Of a stretch of 55,405 nt of DNA, positions 9,939 to 18,505 are shown piece after piece. Each line of letters opens with the position of its first letter. Position 1 is the stretch's first letter. Origin of the DNA: Bacteroidota bacterium (lineage in GTDB: Bacteria; Bacteroidota; Bacteroidia; Bacteroidales; GCA-2748055); the NCBI GenBank assembly GCA_030631845.1, contig DAOVKJ010000002.1, positions 1 through 55,405 of the forward strand, written 5' to 3'. The notes under the pieces were generated by a model, which did no database searches, was not told the origin of the DNA, and was given only the letters and a program-made list of their open reading frames with translations. The translations under genes were made by a program, and so were the position numbers.

Positions 9939-11360
9939 TCAGTGGTGCAGGATAAGAGATTGCAGGTAATAGACACCAGCACCTGCAATATATCCCAGTA
10001 GAGCCAGGAGTGATATACGTTTCATATACCATATGAAATCGATCCTTTCCATGCCCATGGCGGCTACTCCTGCAGCAGAACCGATGATCAGGATACTACC
10101 TCCTGTACCAGCACAGTAGGCCAGGAATTCCCAGAAAAGGCCGTCCTGAACGAAGTTACTGGCATATTCAATGGCTGCCGGATCGGTCATCGCAGCAATA
10201 CTGGCCGCATCTTCGATGGGATACATTCCCATGGCACCCGCCACAAGCGGGACATTGTCCACTATAGCAGAGAGAACACCAATGGCAAGGTCTATCAAAA
10301 AGATGTTTCCCAGGTTCTCATCAAGCCAACCAGCAAGCAGTGTTAACTGTCCTGCGCTCTGGAGTGCAGCTACTGCTGAGAGGATCCCCAGGAAGAAAAA
10401 GATGGTTGGGGTATCTACTTTTTCTAAGATATAGATAACCTTCAGTTTTTTCTTGACTTCGTCTGGTTTATTCTTATGCAGGAGTTCAGTTGTAAGCCAG
10501 ATTACCGCCAGTGAAAGAAGCATACCCATGTAAGGAGGGAGATGGGTGACAGTTTTGAATACCGGAACAAACAGGAGTCCGGATACACCCATGATCAGCA
10601 ATAATTTGCGCTCAAAGAGTGTGGTGTAGATCTTTTCGTTTTCATCAACCTGAGGACGTGTCACAGTTCCCTTCAGAGTAAAACTGAGCAGGGCCAGGGG
10701 AACGATCATTGTAAAAAGACTGGGGATGATAACCCGGGTAATAATGCTCAAAGTGGTAACCTGACCACCGATCCACAGCATAATGGTAGTGACATCTCCA
10801 ATGGGCGACCATGCACCTCCTGCATTGGCTGCCAGGACCACCATGGAGGCAAAGAACCACCGTGTTTCTTTATTAGAAATCAGTTTCCTGAGCAGGGCAA
10901 CCATTACAATGGTAGTGGTAAGGTTGTCCAGTGCAGCGGACATAAAAAAGGTTAGGAAACTGAGGATCCATAATAGTTTTACCTTTTTGGTAGTCTTGAT
11001 CCTGTCTGTAATGATCTTGAAACCGTCATGTTTGTCAATCACCTCCACAATGGTCATTGCACCAAGGAGGAAAAAGAGGATCTCTGAGATCTCACCCAGG
11101 TGGTGGATAATCTCTTTATCCACGATGAAGTGCCGCATGGCTTGAATACCCTGCTCACCATGTTGCTGATCATCATGAATATAACTGTTCCATGCCTCAC
11201 TCAGTCCGGCAGTGAAAATATCATAGGCGCCAAAAATATAGAGAACCCACAATAGTGAACCGATGGCCAGGGCCGGAACAGCCTTGTCGACACGAAGAGG
11301 GTGTTCGAGGGCTATGGCAAGGTACCCCAGAACAAAAACAACAACCATTACGATAAACAT
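9939..11360 (-). CDS. nhaD: NhaD-type Na+/H+ antiporter (ArsB/NhaD permease superfamily)
   Basis: 473 aa, polytopic. The N-terminus 'LGYLAIALEHPLRVDKA' and overall layout resemble NhaD. Confidence 0.7.
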   Translation of the reverse strand: MFIVMVVVFVLGYLAIALEHPLRVDKAVPALAIGSLLWVLYIFGAYDIFTAGLSEAWNSYIHDDQQHGEQGIQAMRHFIVDKEIIHHLGEISEILFFLLGAMTIVEVIDKHDGFKIITDRIKTTKKVKLLWILSFLTFFMSAALDNLTTTIVMVALLRKLISNKETRWFFASMVVLAANAGGAWSPIGDVTTIMLWIGGQVTTLSIITRVIIPSLFTMIVPLALLSFTLKGTVTRPQVDENEKIYTTLFERKLLLIMGVSGLLFVPVFKTVTHLPPYMGMLLSLAVIWLTTELLHKNKPDEVKKKLKVIYILEKVDTPTIFFFLGILSAVAALQSAGQLTLLAGWLDENLGNIFLIDLAIGVLSAIVDNVPLVAGAMGMYPIEDAASIAAMTDPAAIEYASNFVQDGLFWEFLAYCAGTGGSILIIGSAAGVAAMGMERIDFIWYMKRISLLALLGYIAGAGVYYLQSLILHH

Positions 11361-11415
11361 GATCTGGAAATTAGGTTAGGTTTTGGAAATAGTAAGTCGC
11401 AAAGATAGGAAAGTT

Positions 11416-14400
11416 TTACTCTTCAGAATCTGACTTATCCGACTTTTTCTTCTTCTTTTTCCGATTGGTAAGAGCCTCTCTGTATCGGGCCATCAGCTGA
11501 TGAAGATTGTTAAACTCAACCCGGTAGGAGACACCCACTCCCTGTTTGTAGGGGGCAGTCAGAGCGATCAGCTCATCCCTGGATCGGTTAAACGCAAGTA
11601 CACTCACATTATCAGTTACTCTGTACTCCACTTCAAAATCTCCCATTATGTACGGGTTGTTACTGGCTCCGCTGGAAGGATTGGTCTCCTGTCCGCCCAC
11701 ATCCAGGTTCCCGCTGATGATTATGCGGTCATTTAACAGCTGGGTAGAGAGTGCCACCTCTAACTCCTGGGTGCTCACCTGGTCGCCCGGCCGGTAGTTG
11801 AACCCGATATCGAAATCATCACTAATCTGGGAGAGCCAGTTACTCAGCTGATTGGAAAACAGCTCACTGGCGGTCACTCCTGCAAAGGAGCTGTTCATGG
11901 TTCCCATATCCTGTATTCCGTAACCCGATACACTATAGAAATTGTTGATGACCAGCAGTGAAAGAAACTGTTTCATCAGCTCCTCTTCTGTACTTGTGGC
12001 ATTTTCAAGATAGTCTCTGGTTTCCGGATCTGCTGTGGGCATCTCTATTCCGGCGACAATGGTTGGAGACCGAAGTTCGCCCTGCAGGTTCAGATGGCAC
12101 TCAATGGGAATTCTCTTTTTAAGTTTTTGAGATTTGTCGTCGGAGGGGTCTCCCGGATAGAGGTTATAGGGTGCTGCCCTGGTTCCGTAAATGGCTGCCA
12201 GGTCGATGGTGGAGCTGGTTGGTGAGCCATTAAAGTTGATCCTGCCTCCCGGTTCAATCTCGAACCGCTTGTTAATCACATTCTGGAGAGTGAACAGGTA
12301 ATCACCCTTCAGCAGCTCCACATCTCCGAACATTCTGAAACCCTGGTTCTGATCCAGAAGCATACGGAGATTCCCCCGACCGCTGGTTTCAATGATATCA
12401 CCCACCTTGGGATCAAAGATCAACTGTACCACGGCATCTTCGGTAATATCCACGTTCACCTCTATTTTTACACCCCTCAGTGCCTCCTGGCCCGGATCTT
12501 CCGGTTCATCCATATCTGTTTCCTGAATAAAAGTGATGAAATCTGATTTCTGCACCTCCCTGGCCTTGTAAAGGGGCAGGAAGAGGGCAGTATTTCGTTC
12601 GGTGGTTGCATCAATGGTTAGTTTGATGTCGTCCATACCACCGTTGATGATCACATCGCCTGTAGCAAAGATGGTACCATAGAACAGGTCGTTATCCACC
12701 GACCTGGTGTTCATGCAATTCAGGTTCCGGGCCTCAATATGGATATTGGTATAAAAGTCACGGAAGTACCTGTTGGATATGGAACCATTTATAATTCCCT
12801 CATTGCCCGTCTCATCAGAAGCGGTGAAGTTCTCAAAGTACAGGTTGTTGTTATAGATACGTATGGGATCATTGAATATATATCGGGTGTTCAGAAAGGA
12901 GATGGTGGCGGCTCCGTTGCTGAATCCTATGGTTCCGTTTAGTTTGGGCTGATTAAGCGTTCCATCCAGTGTAAGGTCCACATTCCCGGTACCGGCGAGA
13001 TCCTGAACGATATTTTCAACATATGGATTGAGTAATTGTAATTGAATCTCATTCAGGTGGATTTCAAAATCCACTGCTTTGCTTGCAGGAGTATATTCTC
13101 CATCCACCTCAATGGTTTTTAGATCGTCCAGGTTCGATTGCAGCAGCATCCGGATGGTCCTGCGGGAATCGTTCCATGCTGCTTTCAAACTGGTGGGTCC
13201 GATGAGTTGATTGTTGAACCGGAGTGTATCCACTTGAAGATCGGAAAATATATAGGGATTTCCTTCTGCTTCACGGTAAGCAAAGCTACCTGTAATGTTA
13301 CCTTCCAGCTCTGCATTTATTCCACTCAGATTTGCTAATTCATAAAGGTTCAGGTTACTGAAATCGAGATTGAAGTCCTGCTCACCGCCGGAGGCGATTG
13401 TGCCATCGGCAACCAGATGTTTCTCATGGCTTTTGATCGACAGACTGTCCACATTGAGATACCGCTTTCTGATCAGGATTGCAGAGTGGTCGATATTCCA
13501 GGTTTCACTGTTGATATATAGAGCAGAAGGTTCCACTTCAACGATAAATCCCCTCTCTTCCGCTGAATCGGCCTGGAAGGCCCCTGTGAGATTGATCTCC
13601 CCACTGTACCTCGATTCCGATTGGTTATTCCATGTGATTTTGAGATTAGCTGTATCGTTCAAGGTAAAAAGCTGGAACTGCTGGTTTTCCAGGACATAAT
13701 TCTTGCCATATATCATGCTGTCGGATCGAAACTGAAAATAGAATTCATTGTTCAGGGCACTGGAATGAAATTCCACATTGGACCAGGAGTTGGGGCCGAT
13801 CTTCAGTTCCGGAAAGTTTCCGTTGGTGTTGTTAATCTCCTGAGAGGGATTGTAAGCTCCATGGATACTGCTGTTTTCAGCAATTTGTATTGTTGGAAAG
13901 AAAAAATCCAGGATGGGATTCACATGTCTTAAATCAACATGGTATGTAAACCGATTGATTGTATCGGTTTCGGAATCCTTTCCGGGTACCAGATTCACAT
14001 ATAGATCGGCCAAACTCTCCAGGGAAGCAGGCAGTGTGGTAAGCTTAAATTTGCCATTGATGGAGGCATCGAACAATTCAGATTTTACCTCAATAGAGGC
14101 AGTATCAGGTGTATTGAGGGCACTTAGCCTTACATCATATAACTGCACCTGATCCTCATTTCTTTCAAAAAGACTGTTCACCAGGCGTGCCTCTCCATTT
14201 AGCTCATCCAGTGTGCTACCGGTGATATCGGTTTCAATCAGAAATGAAGCAAATGTATTGGGATCCTCCACTCCGAGGTTCAGAAAATAGGGACGCGAAC
14301 GGGCTACATCTGCCGTAAAATTGTAAGAGGGCACCTCACCTGAAAAGTCCATTTCCCCCTGGAAATCCATTCTGATATTGGGATCGTTGATTCCAAACCC

Positions 14401-15840
14401 ACCGTTGAAGGTGTTGTTTGTGAAAGCTCCGTCCAATGTAATATTGCTGTATGCATACTGCGAGAAATAGAGTGTATCGACGGTTCCGTTCAGGTCGGCC
14501 CGCATCTCTCCTTCATACAGGTTTCCATCCAACATGACATCCATATCCAGTTGAGAGAGTAGCTCTTCCTGCCCAAGGAACTCACCCAGCTTAAAATCGG
14601 CGGTTGAGAGATTTCCGTGAAAGTCAATACCCACGCTGCTATCCGGTCTGAAAGAGAGGTCCATCAGCATCCTGCCCATATCGGTCTGCAAATAACCCGA
14701 CGCCACAAAATTATCGAGGTATCCGGTAAACTGACCCTTGAAGTCAAGGTTTCCCATATTGATCCATGGATAGAGCGACTGTTTCGATGAAGCACTCTCC
14801 TCCGAAAACATTTCGTGTATGGCCGAGACAGAGCTATTTAATTCTCTGAAATTGAAGTCAAGGAATGTGTTTTTAAATTCAGGCAGGCCAATGATGATGA
14901 AGTCAAATGCCAGGGTGCTCTGCTGGTCAAAGGTTATCTGCATTTCATCACCTTTCAGATCATTCAGCTTGCCATGCACAAAGCCGTCGATGGTGAGACG
15001 GTCCAGTAATCCCTTTGTTTGGGGGACAAAAACGGCGAGATCCTCCGTTTTCAGAAGAGAGTGGGTCGTTTCAAAGGTGAGGTCCACCTCCCTGGAGAAA
15101 TGTTTAAACTTTTTCCAATGTTCAAAATCGAATCCCAGCAAGGGGATATGTAGATCGGAGCCTATGGTCTCGATTTCGAGGTTGTTGAAATGCATATGGG
15201 TTTTACCAATGGACATCAGGGTGGCCAGGTGGCTGAATTCGAATCCCGATTTCTCCATACCCGATAGGGAGATGATGTTCATGGTTACCGTGTCCTGTTC
15301 GCTGATCAGATCCAGCAGGGAGATCTCCAGCCCATGCATGTCAAAATCGTTGAAATCGATCTCTGATCGCAAAGGGGGGTGCCCCGTTTTTGTGAGGGAG
15401 AACCGGCCGTTACTCATGGTTATCTCGTGGATATGGAGCCTTGATTTTCGTTCCGGAGGTACATGTGGTTTTTTCAACCTGTCGATGATTAAATTCAGAT
15501 TGACCCCTCCTTCGCTTTCAATGACCAGGTTCAACCAGGCATTTTCCAAAGTGATTTTCCTGATCTCCAGGCTCCGCTGATCCGGTCGAATCTGCTTGAT
15601 TCGAATCTTGGTAAGTTCGGAATAGATCAAAGTGTCTCCATGCAGGTCCTCAATATAGAGGTCTCTCACCTGGATTCTTTTAAAGAAGGAGTAGTTGACC
15701 GAGGAGAGGGAGATAGTAGCCTGAAGTTGTTCCGACAACTGATCGGTCAACATTTTACTGACCCTGGTCTGAACCTGCCGGTTCTGCAAAAAGAGTAAAG
15801 AGAGAGAAGGAATTGCCAGAAGTAGCAATACTACGATCAA
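11416..15840 (-). CDS. tamB: translocation and assembly module protein TamB-like (giant periplasm-spanning beta-rich protein)
   Basis: 1474 aa with a single N-terminal anchor, a long N/S/T/G-rich beta region and a DUF490-like C-terminal part. The only canonical start is the TTG at 15840 (see findings). Confidence 0.75.
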   Translation of the reverse strand: MIVVLLLLAIPSLSLLFLQNRQVQTRVSKMLTDQLSEQLQATISLSSVNYSFFKRIQVRDLYIEDLHGDTLIYSELTKIRIKQIRPDQRSLEIRKITLENAWLNLVIESEGGVNLNLIIDRLKKPHVPPERKSRLHIHEITMSNGRFSLTKTGHPPLRSEIDFNDFDMHGLEISLLDLISEQDTVTMNIISLSGMEKSGFEFSHLATLMSIGKTHMHFNNLEIETIGSDLHIPLLGFDFEHWKKFKHFSREVDLTFETTHSLLKTEDLAVFVPQTKGLLDRLTIDGFVHGKLNDLKGDEMQITFDQQSTLAFDFIIIGLPEFKNTFLDFNFRELNSSVSAIHEMFSEESASSKQSLYPWINMGNLDFKGQFTGYLDNFVASGYLQTDMGRMLMDLSFRPDSSVGIDFHGNLSTADFKLGEFLGQEELLSQLDMDVMLDGNLYEGEMRADLNGTVDTLYFSQYAYSNITLDGAFTNNTFNGGFGINDPNIRMDFQGEMDFSGEVPSYNFTADVARSRPYFLNLGVEDPNTFASFLIETDITGSTLDELNGEARLVNSLFERNEDQVQLYDVRLSALNTPDTASIEVKSELFDASINGKFKLTTLPASLESLADLYVNLVPGKDSETDTINRFTYHVDLRHVNPILDFFFPTIQIAENSSIHGAYNPSQEINNTNGNFPELKIGPNSWSNVEFHSSALNNEFYFQFRSDSMIYGKNYVLENQQFQLFTLNDTANLKITWNNQSESRYSGEINLTGAFQADSAEERGFIVEVEPSALYINSETWNIDHSAILIRKRYLNVDSLSIKSHEKHLVADGTIASGGEQDFNLDFSNLNLYELANLSGINAELEGNITGSFAYREAEGNPYIFSDLQVDTLRFNNQLIGPTSLKAAWNDSRRTIRMLLQSNLDDLKTIEVDGEYTPASKAVDFEIHLNEIQLQLLNPYVENIVQDLAGTGNVDLTLDGTLNQPKLNGTIGFSNGAATISFLNTRYIFNDPIRIYNNNLYFENFTASDETGNEGIINGSISNRYFRDFYTNIHIEARNLNCMNTRSVDNDLFYGTIFATGDVIINGGMDDIKLTIDATTERNTALFLPLYKAREVQKSDFITFIQETDMDEPEDPGQEALRGVKIEVNVDITEDAVVQLIFDPKVGDIIETSGRGNLRMLLDQNQGFRMFGDVELLKGDYLFTLQNVINKRFEIEPGGRINFNGSPTSSTIDLAAIYGTRAAPYNLYPGDPSDDKSQKLKKRIPIECHLNLQGELRSPTIVAGIEMPTADPETRDYLENATSTEEELMKQFLSLLVINNFYSVSGYGIQDMGTMNSSFAGVTASELFSNQLSNWLSQISDDFDIGFNYRPGDQVSTQELEVALSTQLLNDRIIISGNLDVGGQETNPSSGASNNPYIMGDFEVEYRVTDNVSVLAFNRSRDELIALTAPYKQGVGVSYRVEFNNLHQLMARYREALTNRKKKKKKSDKSDSEE

Positions 15841-15863
15841 TCCTATTTTCGCTATCTTTTTAA

Positions 15864-15871
15864 TACTTTTG
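15864..15871 (+). promoter_or_regulatory. candidate -7 promoter box (TACTTTTG) for tsaD
   Basis: Matches TAnnTTTG about 45 nt upstream of the tsaD ATG. Confidence 0.35.
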
Positions 15872-15915
15872 CACTTTCGGTTGTTTCAAACACTACAAAA
15901 ATATAAAAAGTTGTG

Positions 15916-16935
15916 ATGACCACTGTAATTCTTGGGATTGAATCTTCCTGCGATGATACTTCTGCTGCTGTAATAAGGGATCGACAACTACTTTCCAATG
16001 TGATTGCAGGACAGGATGTACACCGAAAATACGGAGGGGTGGTGCCTGAACTGGCCTCCAGGGCGCATCAGAAGAATATAGTTCCGGTGGTAGATAGCGC
16101 GCTGAAAGAGGCCGGAATCTCCCGCAGAGAGATCGATGCAGTGGCCTTTACCCGGGGACCCGGACTTCTCGGGTCACTGCTGGTGGGAACCTCTTTCACC
16201 AAGGGTTTTACAGCAGCACTTGGTATACCCATGATTGAGGTGAACCATCTTCAGGCACATATAATGGTTCATTTTATTCAATCGGAAGTGTCGGCTGCTT
16301 CATCCCCCCGTTTCCCTTTTTTATCTCTTCTGGTTTCAGGTGGTCATACACAGCTGGTGGTGGTCAGGGATTACCATACCATGGAGATCATTGGCCGGAC
16401 CATTGATGATGCCGCAGGGGAGGCATTTGATAAATGTGCCAAGCTTCTCGGTCTACCCTATCCGGGGGGACCGCATATGGACAGACTGGCACAGCAGGGT
16501 GATGCGTTCAGGTTTGCATTTAACAAGCCCCGGATTAAGGGATTTGATTACTCTTTCAGTGGGTTGAAAACCTCTTTTTTATATTTTCTCAGGGACCAAC
16601 TGAAGGAGGATTCCGGTTTTGTGGAGAAGAACAGGGCCGATCTTGCAGCATCGCTGCAACAAACCATTATTGATATTTTACTCGACAAGCTCCGAATGGC
16701 CATGAAGACGACAGGGATACGTCAGGTTGCTCTGGCTGGAGGGGTTTCTGCCAATTCAGGACTACGTTCCGCCATGAGGAGCGAAGCGGAAAAGCATGGC
16801 TGGGAGCTGTTTATTCCGCCCTTCAGTTATACCACAGACAATGCGGCCATGATTGCCATTACCGGTTATTACCGGTACCTTGAGGGATATTTCTCTTCCG
16901 ATAATATTGCTCCTCTGGCCAGGATGTATTTCTAA
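15916..16935 (+). CDS. tsaD: tRNA N6-adenosine threonylcarbamoyltransferase
   Basis: 'ILGIESSCDDTSAAV', 'GGVVPELASRAH' and 'VSGGHT' are Kae1/TsaD hallmarks. I prefer the ATG at 15916 over the GTG at 15913. Confidence 0.95.
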   Translation: MTTVILGIESSCDDTSAAVIRDRQLLSNVIAGQDVHRKYGGVVPELASRAHQKNIVPVVDSALKEAGISRREIDAVAFTRGPGLLGSLLVGTSFTKGFTAALGIPMIEVNHLQAHIMVHFIQSEVSAASSPRFPFLSLLVSGGHTQLVVVRDYHTMEIIGRTIDDAAGEAFDKCAKLLGLPYPGGPHMDRLAQQGDAFRFAFNKPRIKGFDYSFSGLKTSFLYFLRDQLKEDSGFVEKNRADLAASLQQTIIDILLDKLRMAMKTTGIRQVALAGGVSANSGLRSAMRSEAEKHGWELFIPPFSYTTDNAAMIAITGYYRYLEGYFSSDNIAPLARMYF

Positions 16936-17025
16936 GTTTGCGGCTAAAAATATTGGATAAAATGAAAATGAATTGTACTCCCATGCCGCAAAAATCACTA
17001 TATTGTTCATACTTTTTTGTTAAGG

Positions 17026-17400
17026 ATGGATAAACTAGAGTTTCAGCCTACTCAGAAGACCCCGTACGTTTTGCTGGACCCCAATGGCAAGATTAAATTT
17101 AAAGGTAGGTCCATCCCGGAAGATGTATCACTCTTCTACGAGGATATACTTGACTGGATCATCGCCTTTGCCTCCTCGCCACCAGCGTTTACAGAGGTTG
17201 ATATTGAAATGGAATACCTGAACAGTGGTACTTCCAAGTATATGCTCAGGTTACTCAAAAAACTAAAGGAAGTTGATAACGATGGTTACGATCTGAAAAT
17301 CAACTGGGTATATGAGGAGGGCGATGATGATATCCTGGAGAGAGGAGAGTATTATGCTTCCATCCTCGATTTGAAAATCAGCTTCATCGAGATCGAATAG
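17026..17400 (+). CDS. DUF1987 / SiaC-like partner-switch protein
   Basis: 124 aa. 'TQKTPYVLLDPNGKIKFKGRSIPEDVSLFYEDILDWI' and 'YLNSGTSKYMLRLLKKL' match the DUF1987 pattern. I prefer the ATG at 17026. Confidence 0.8.
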   Translation: MDKLEFQPTQKTPYVLLDPNGKIKFKGRSIPEDVSLFYEDILDWIIAFASSPPAFTEVDIEMEYLNSGTSKYMLRLLKKLKEVDNDGYDLKINWVYEEGDDDILERGEYYASILDLKISFIEIE

Positions 17401-18489
17401 CTACTTTGTTTCCCTGTTTTTTTGCAATTGATTATCCAGGTATTTCCAGAATGCCACATGGAATAGATAGGAATCACTATTTTCTATGGCCTCTTGGAAA
17501 TTGATGGTGCTGTCACAACCGACGGGATGTTGAATAGATGGATCAAATAGTCCCGGTTTCTCCGGGTGGAACTGTATCCCCAGTACATTGGGGTACCGGG
17601 TGTGCTGGATCGCTTCAATAATCTTTCCATCCATGGAGGTGGCAGAAACTTCCCATCCCAATCCCAGCTTTTCGATGGCCTGATGGTGCGAACTGAGCAC
17701 CAGGGGCGCTGTACCCTTATTGAAACCAATCCCACTGGTGAGGATCATACTCTTTTCAAGGGCAACCCTGTGAAAGTGATAGGAGGTGGGATCTTCGCAC
17801 CCCGTGTTTAGATAATCCATGTAGTTGCGATGCATCTGGTCGGGTGGCAGATTCAGGATATCCTCTGCCTTCCATATCCCGTAAATTTCGGTGGGAATGT
17901 CCTGTACCATGGTTCCCCCGGTGGCCACACTCATGGTTTGCATTCCCAGGCAGATTCCATTGACCAGATACGTTTTCTTCTCTTCCAGGTAGGGTATCCA
18001 GTCCGTATCCTGACTGCCTCCCAGCAAGTGAAAAAGGTAAGATAGCTCCACATAGTGCCTGAAGGGATCTGTGACCCCCGTGAGCAGGTGAACCTCCTCT
18101 CCGTAACAAACAGGTGGAATATCGGGTCCGCCCATAAACAGGGCTCCATTGGAGCATTCAAAAAGTTTCCTGAACTGTCCGGTGGCAGTATTTTTCCGGA
18201 ATATGTTTTCTGGTCCCAGCTCCCCTTTGATCTCCCTGAGACTAAAATGGGTGGCACTGTGCAGATCAATATAGGCTTTGGCGTCGCTGTAATCATACCT
18301 TTCACCCTTGTGGTATACGCCCAGCAGGTGGTAGCCATCCAGTGAAAACAATCCTTCATCCACCAGTTTTTGAACAACTTCCAGGTTATAGGCGGTTGGG
18401 TGGAACATTAAAACGGTATCCTGCCCCACAGCGTAGAGGCTGGTGCAGAATACCAGGATCAGACCGGCAATACTTTTTCGGAATTTCAT
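17401..18489 (-). CDS. exported class-I glutamine amidotransferase-like / peptidase C26 (gamma-glutamyl hydrolase family)
   Basis: It has a signal peptide 'MKFRKSIAGLILVFCTSLYAVGQ', a nucleophile elbow 'GICLGMQ' and 'IQFHPE' supplying the His/Glu. Confidence 0.8.
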   Translation of the reverse strand: MKFRKSIAGLILVFCTSLYAVGQDTVLMFHPTAYNLEVVQKLVDEGLFSLDGYHLLGVYHKGERYDYSDAKAYIDLHSATHFSLREIKGELGPENIFRKNTATGQFRKLFECSNGALFMGGPDIPPVCYGEEVHLLTGVTDPFRHYVELSYLFHLLGGSQDTDWIPYLEEKKTYLVNGICLGMQTMSVATGGTMVQDIPTEIYGIWKAEDILNLPPDQMHRNYMDYLNTGCEDPTSYHFHRVALEKSMILTSGIGFNKGTAPLVLSSHHQAIEKLGLGWEVSATSMDGKIIEAIQHTRYPNVLGIQFHPEKPGLFDPSIQHPVGCDSTINFQEAIENSDSYLFHVAFWKYLDNQLQKNRETK

Positions 18490-18505
18490 TGACAGTTGGC
18501 TCGGG

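Noticed and set aside
14819-15580. 253-aa ORF antisense to tamB, plus the similar antisense ORFs at 3482-4159, 28821-29408, 33856-34566, 1256-1720 and 46131-46568
   Set aside because: All are embedded opposite confidently recognised genes. Their translations are Ser/Arg/Cys-rich with no recognisable domain, signal or TM pattern.
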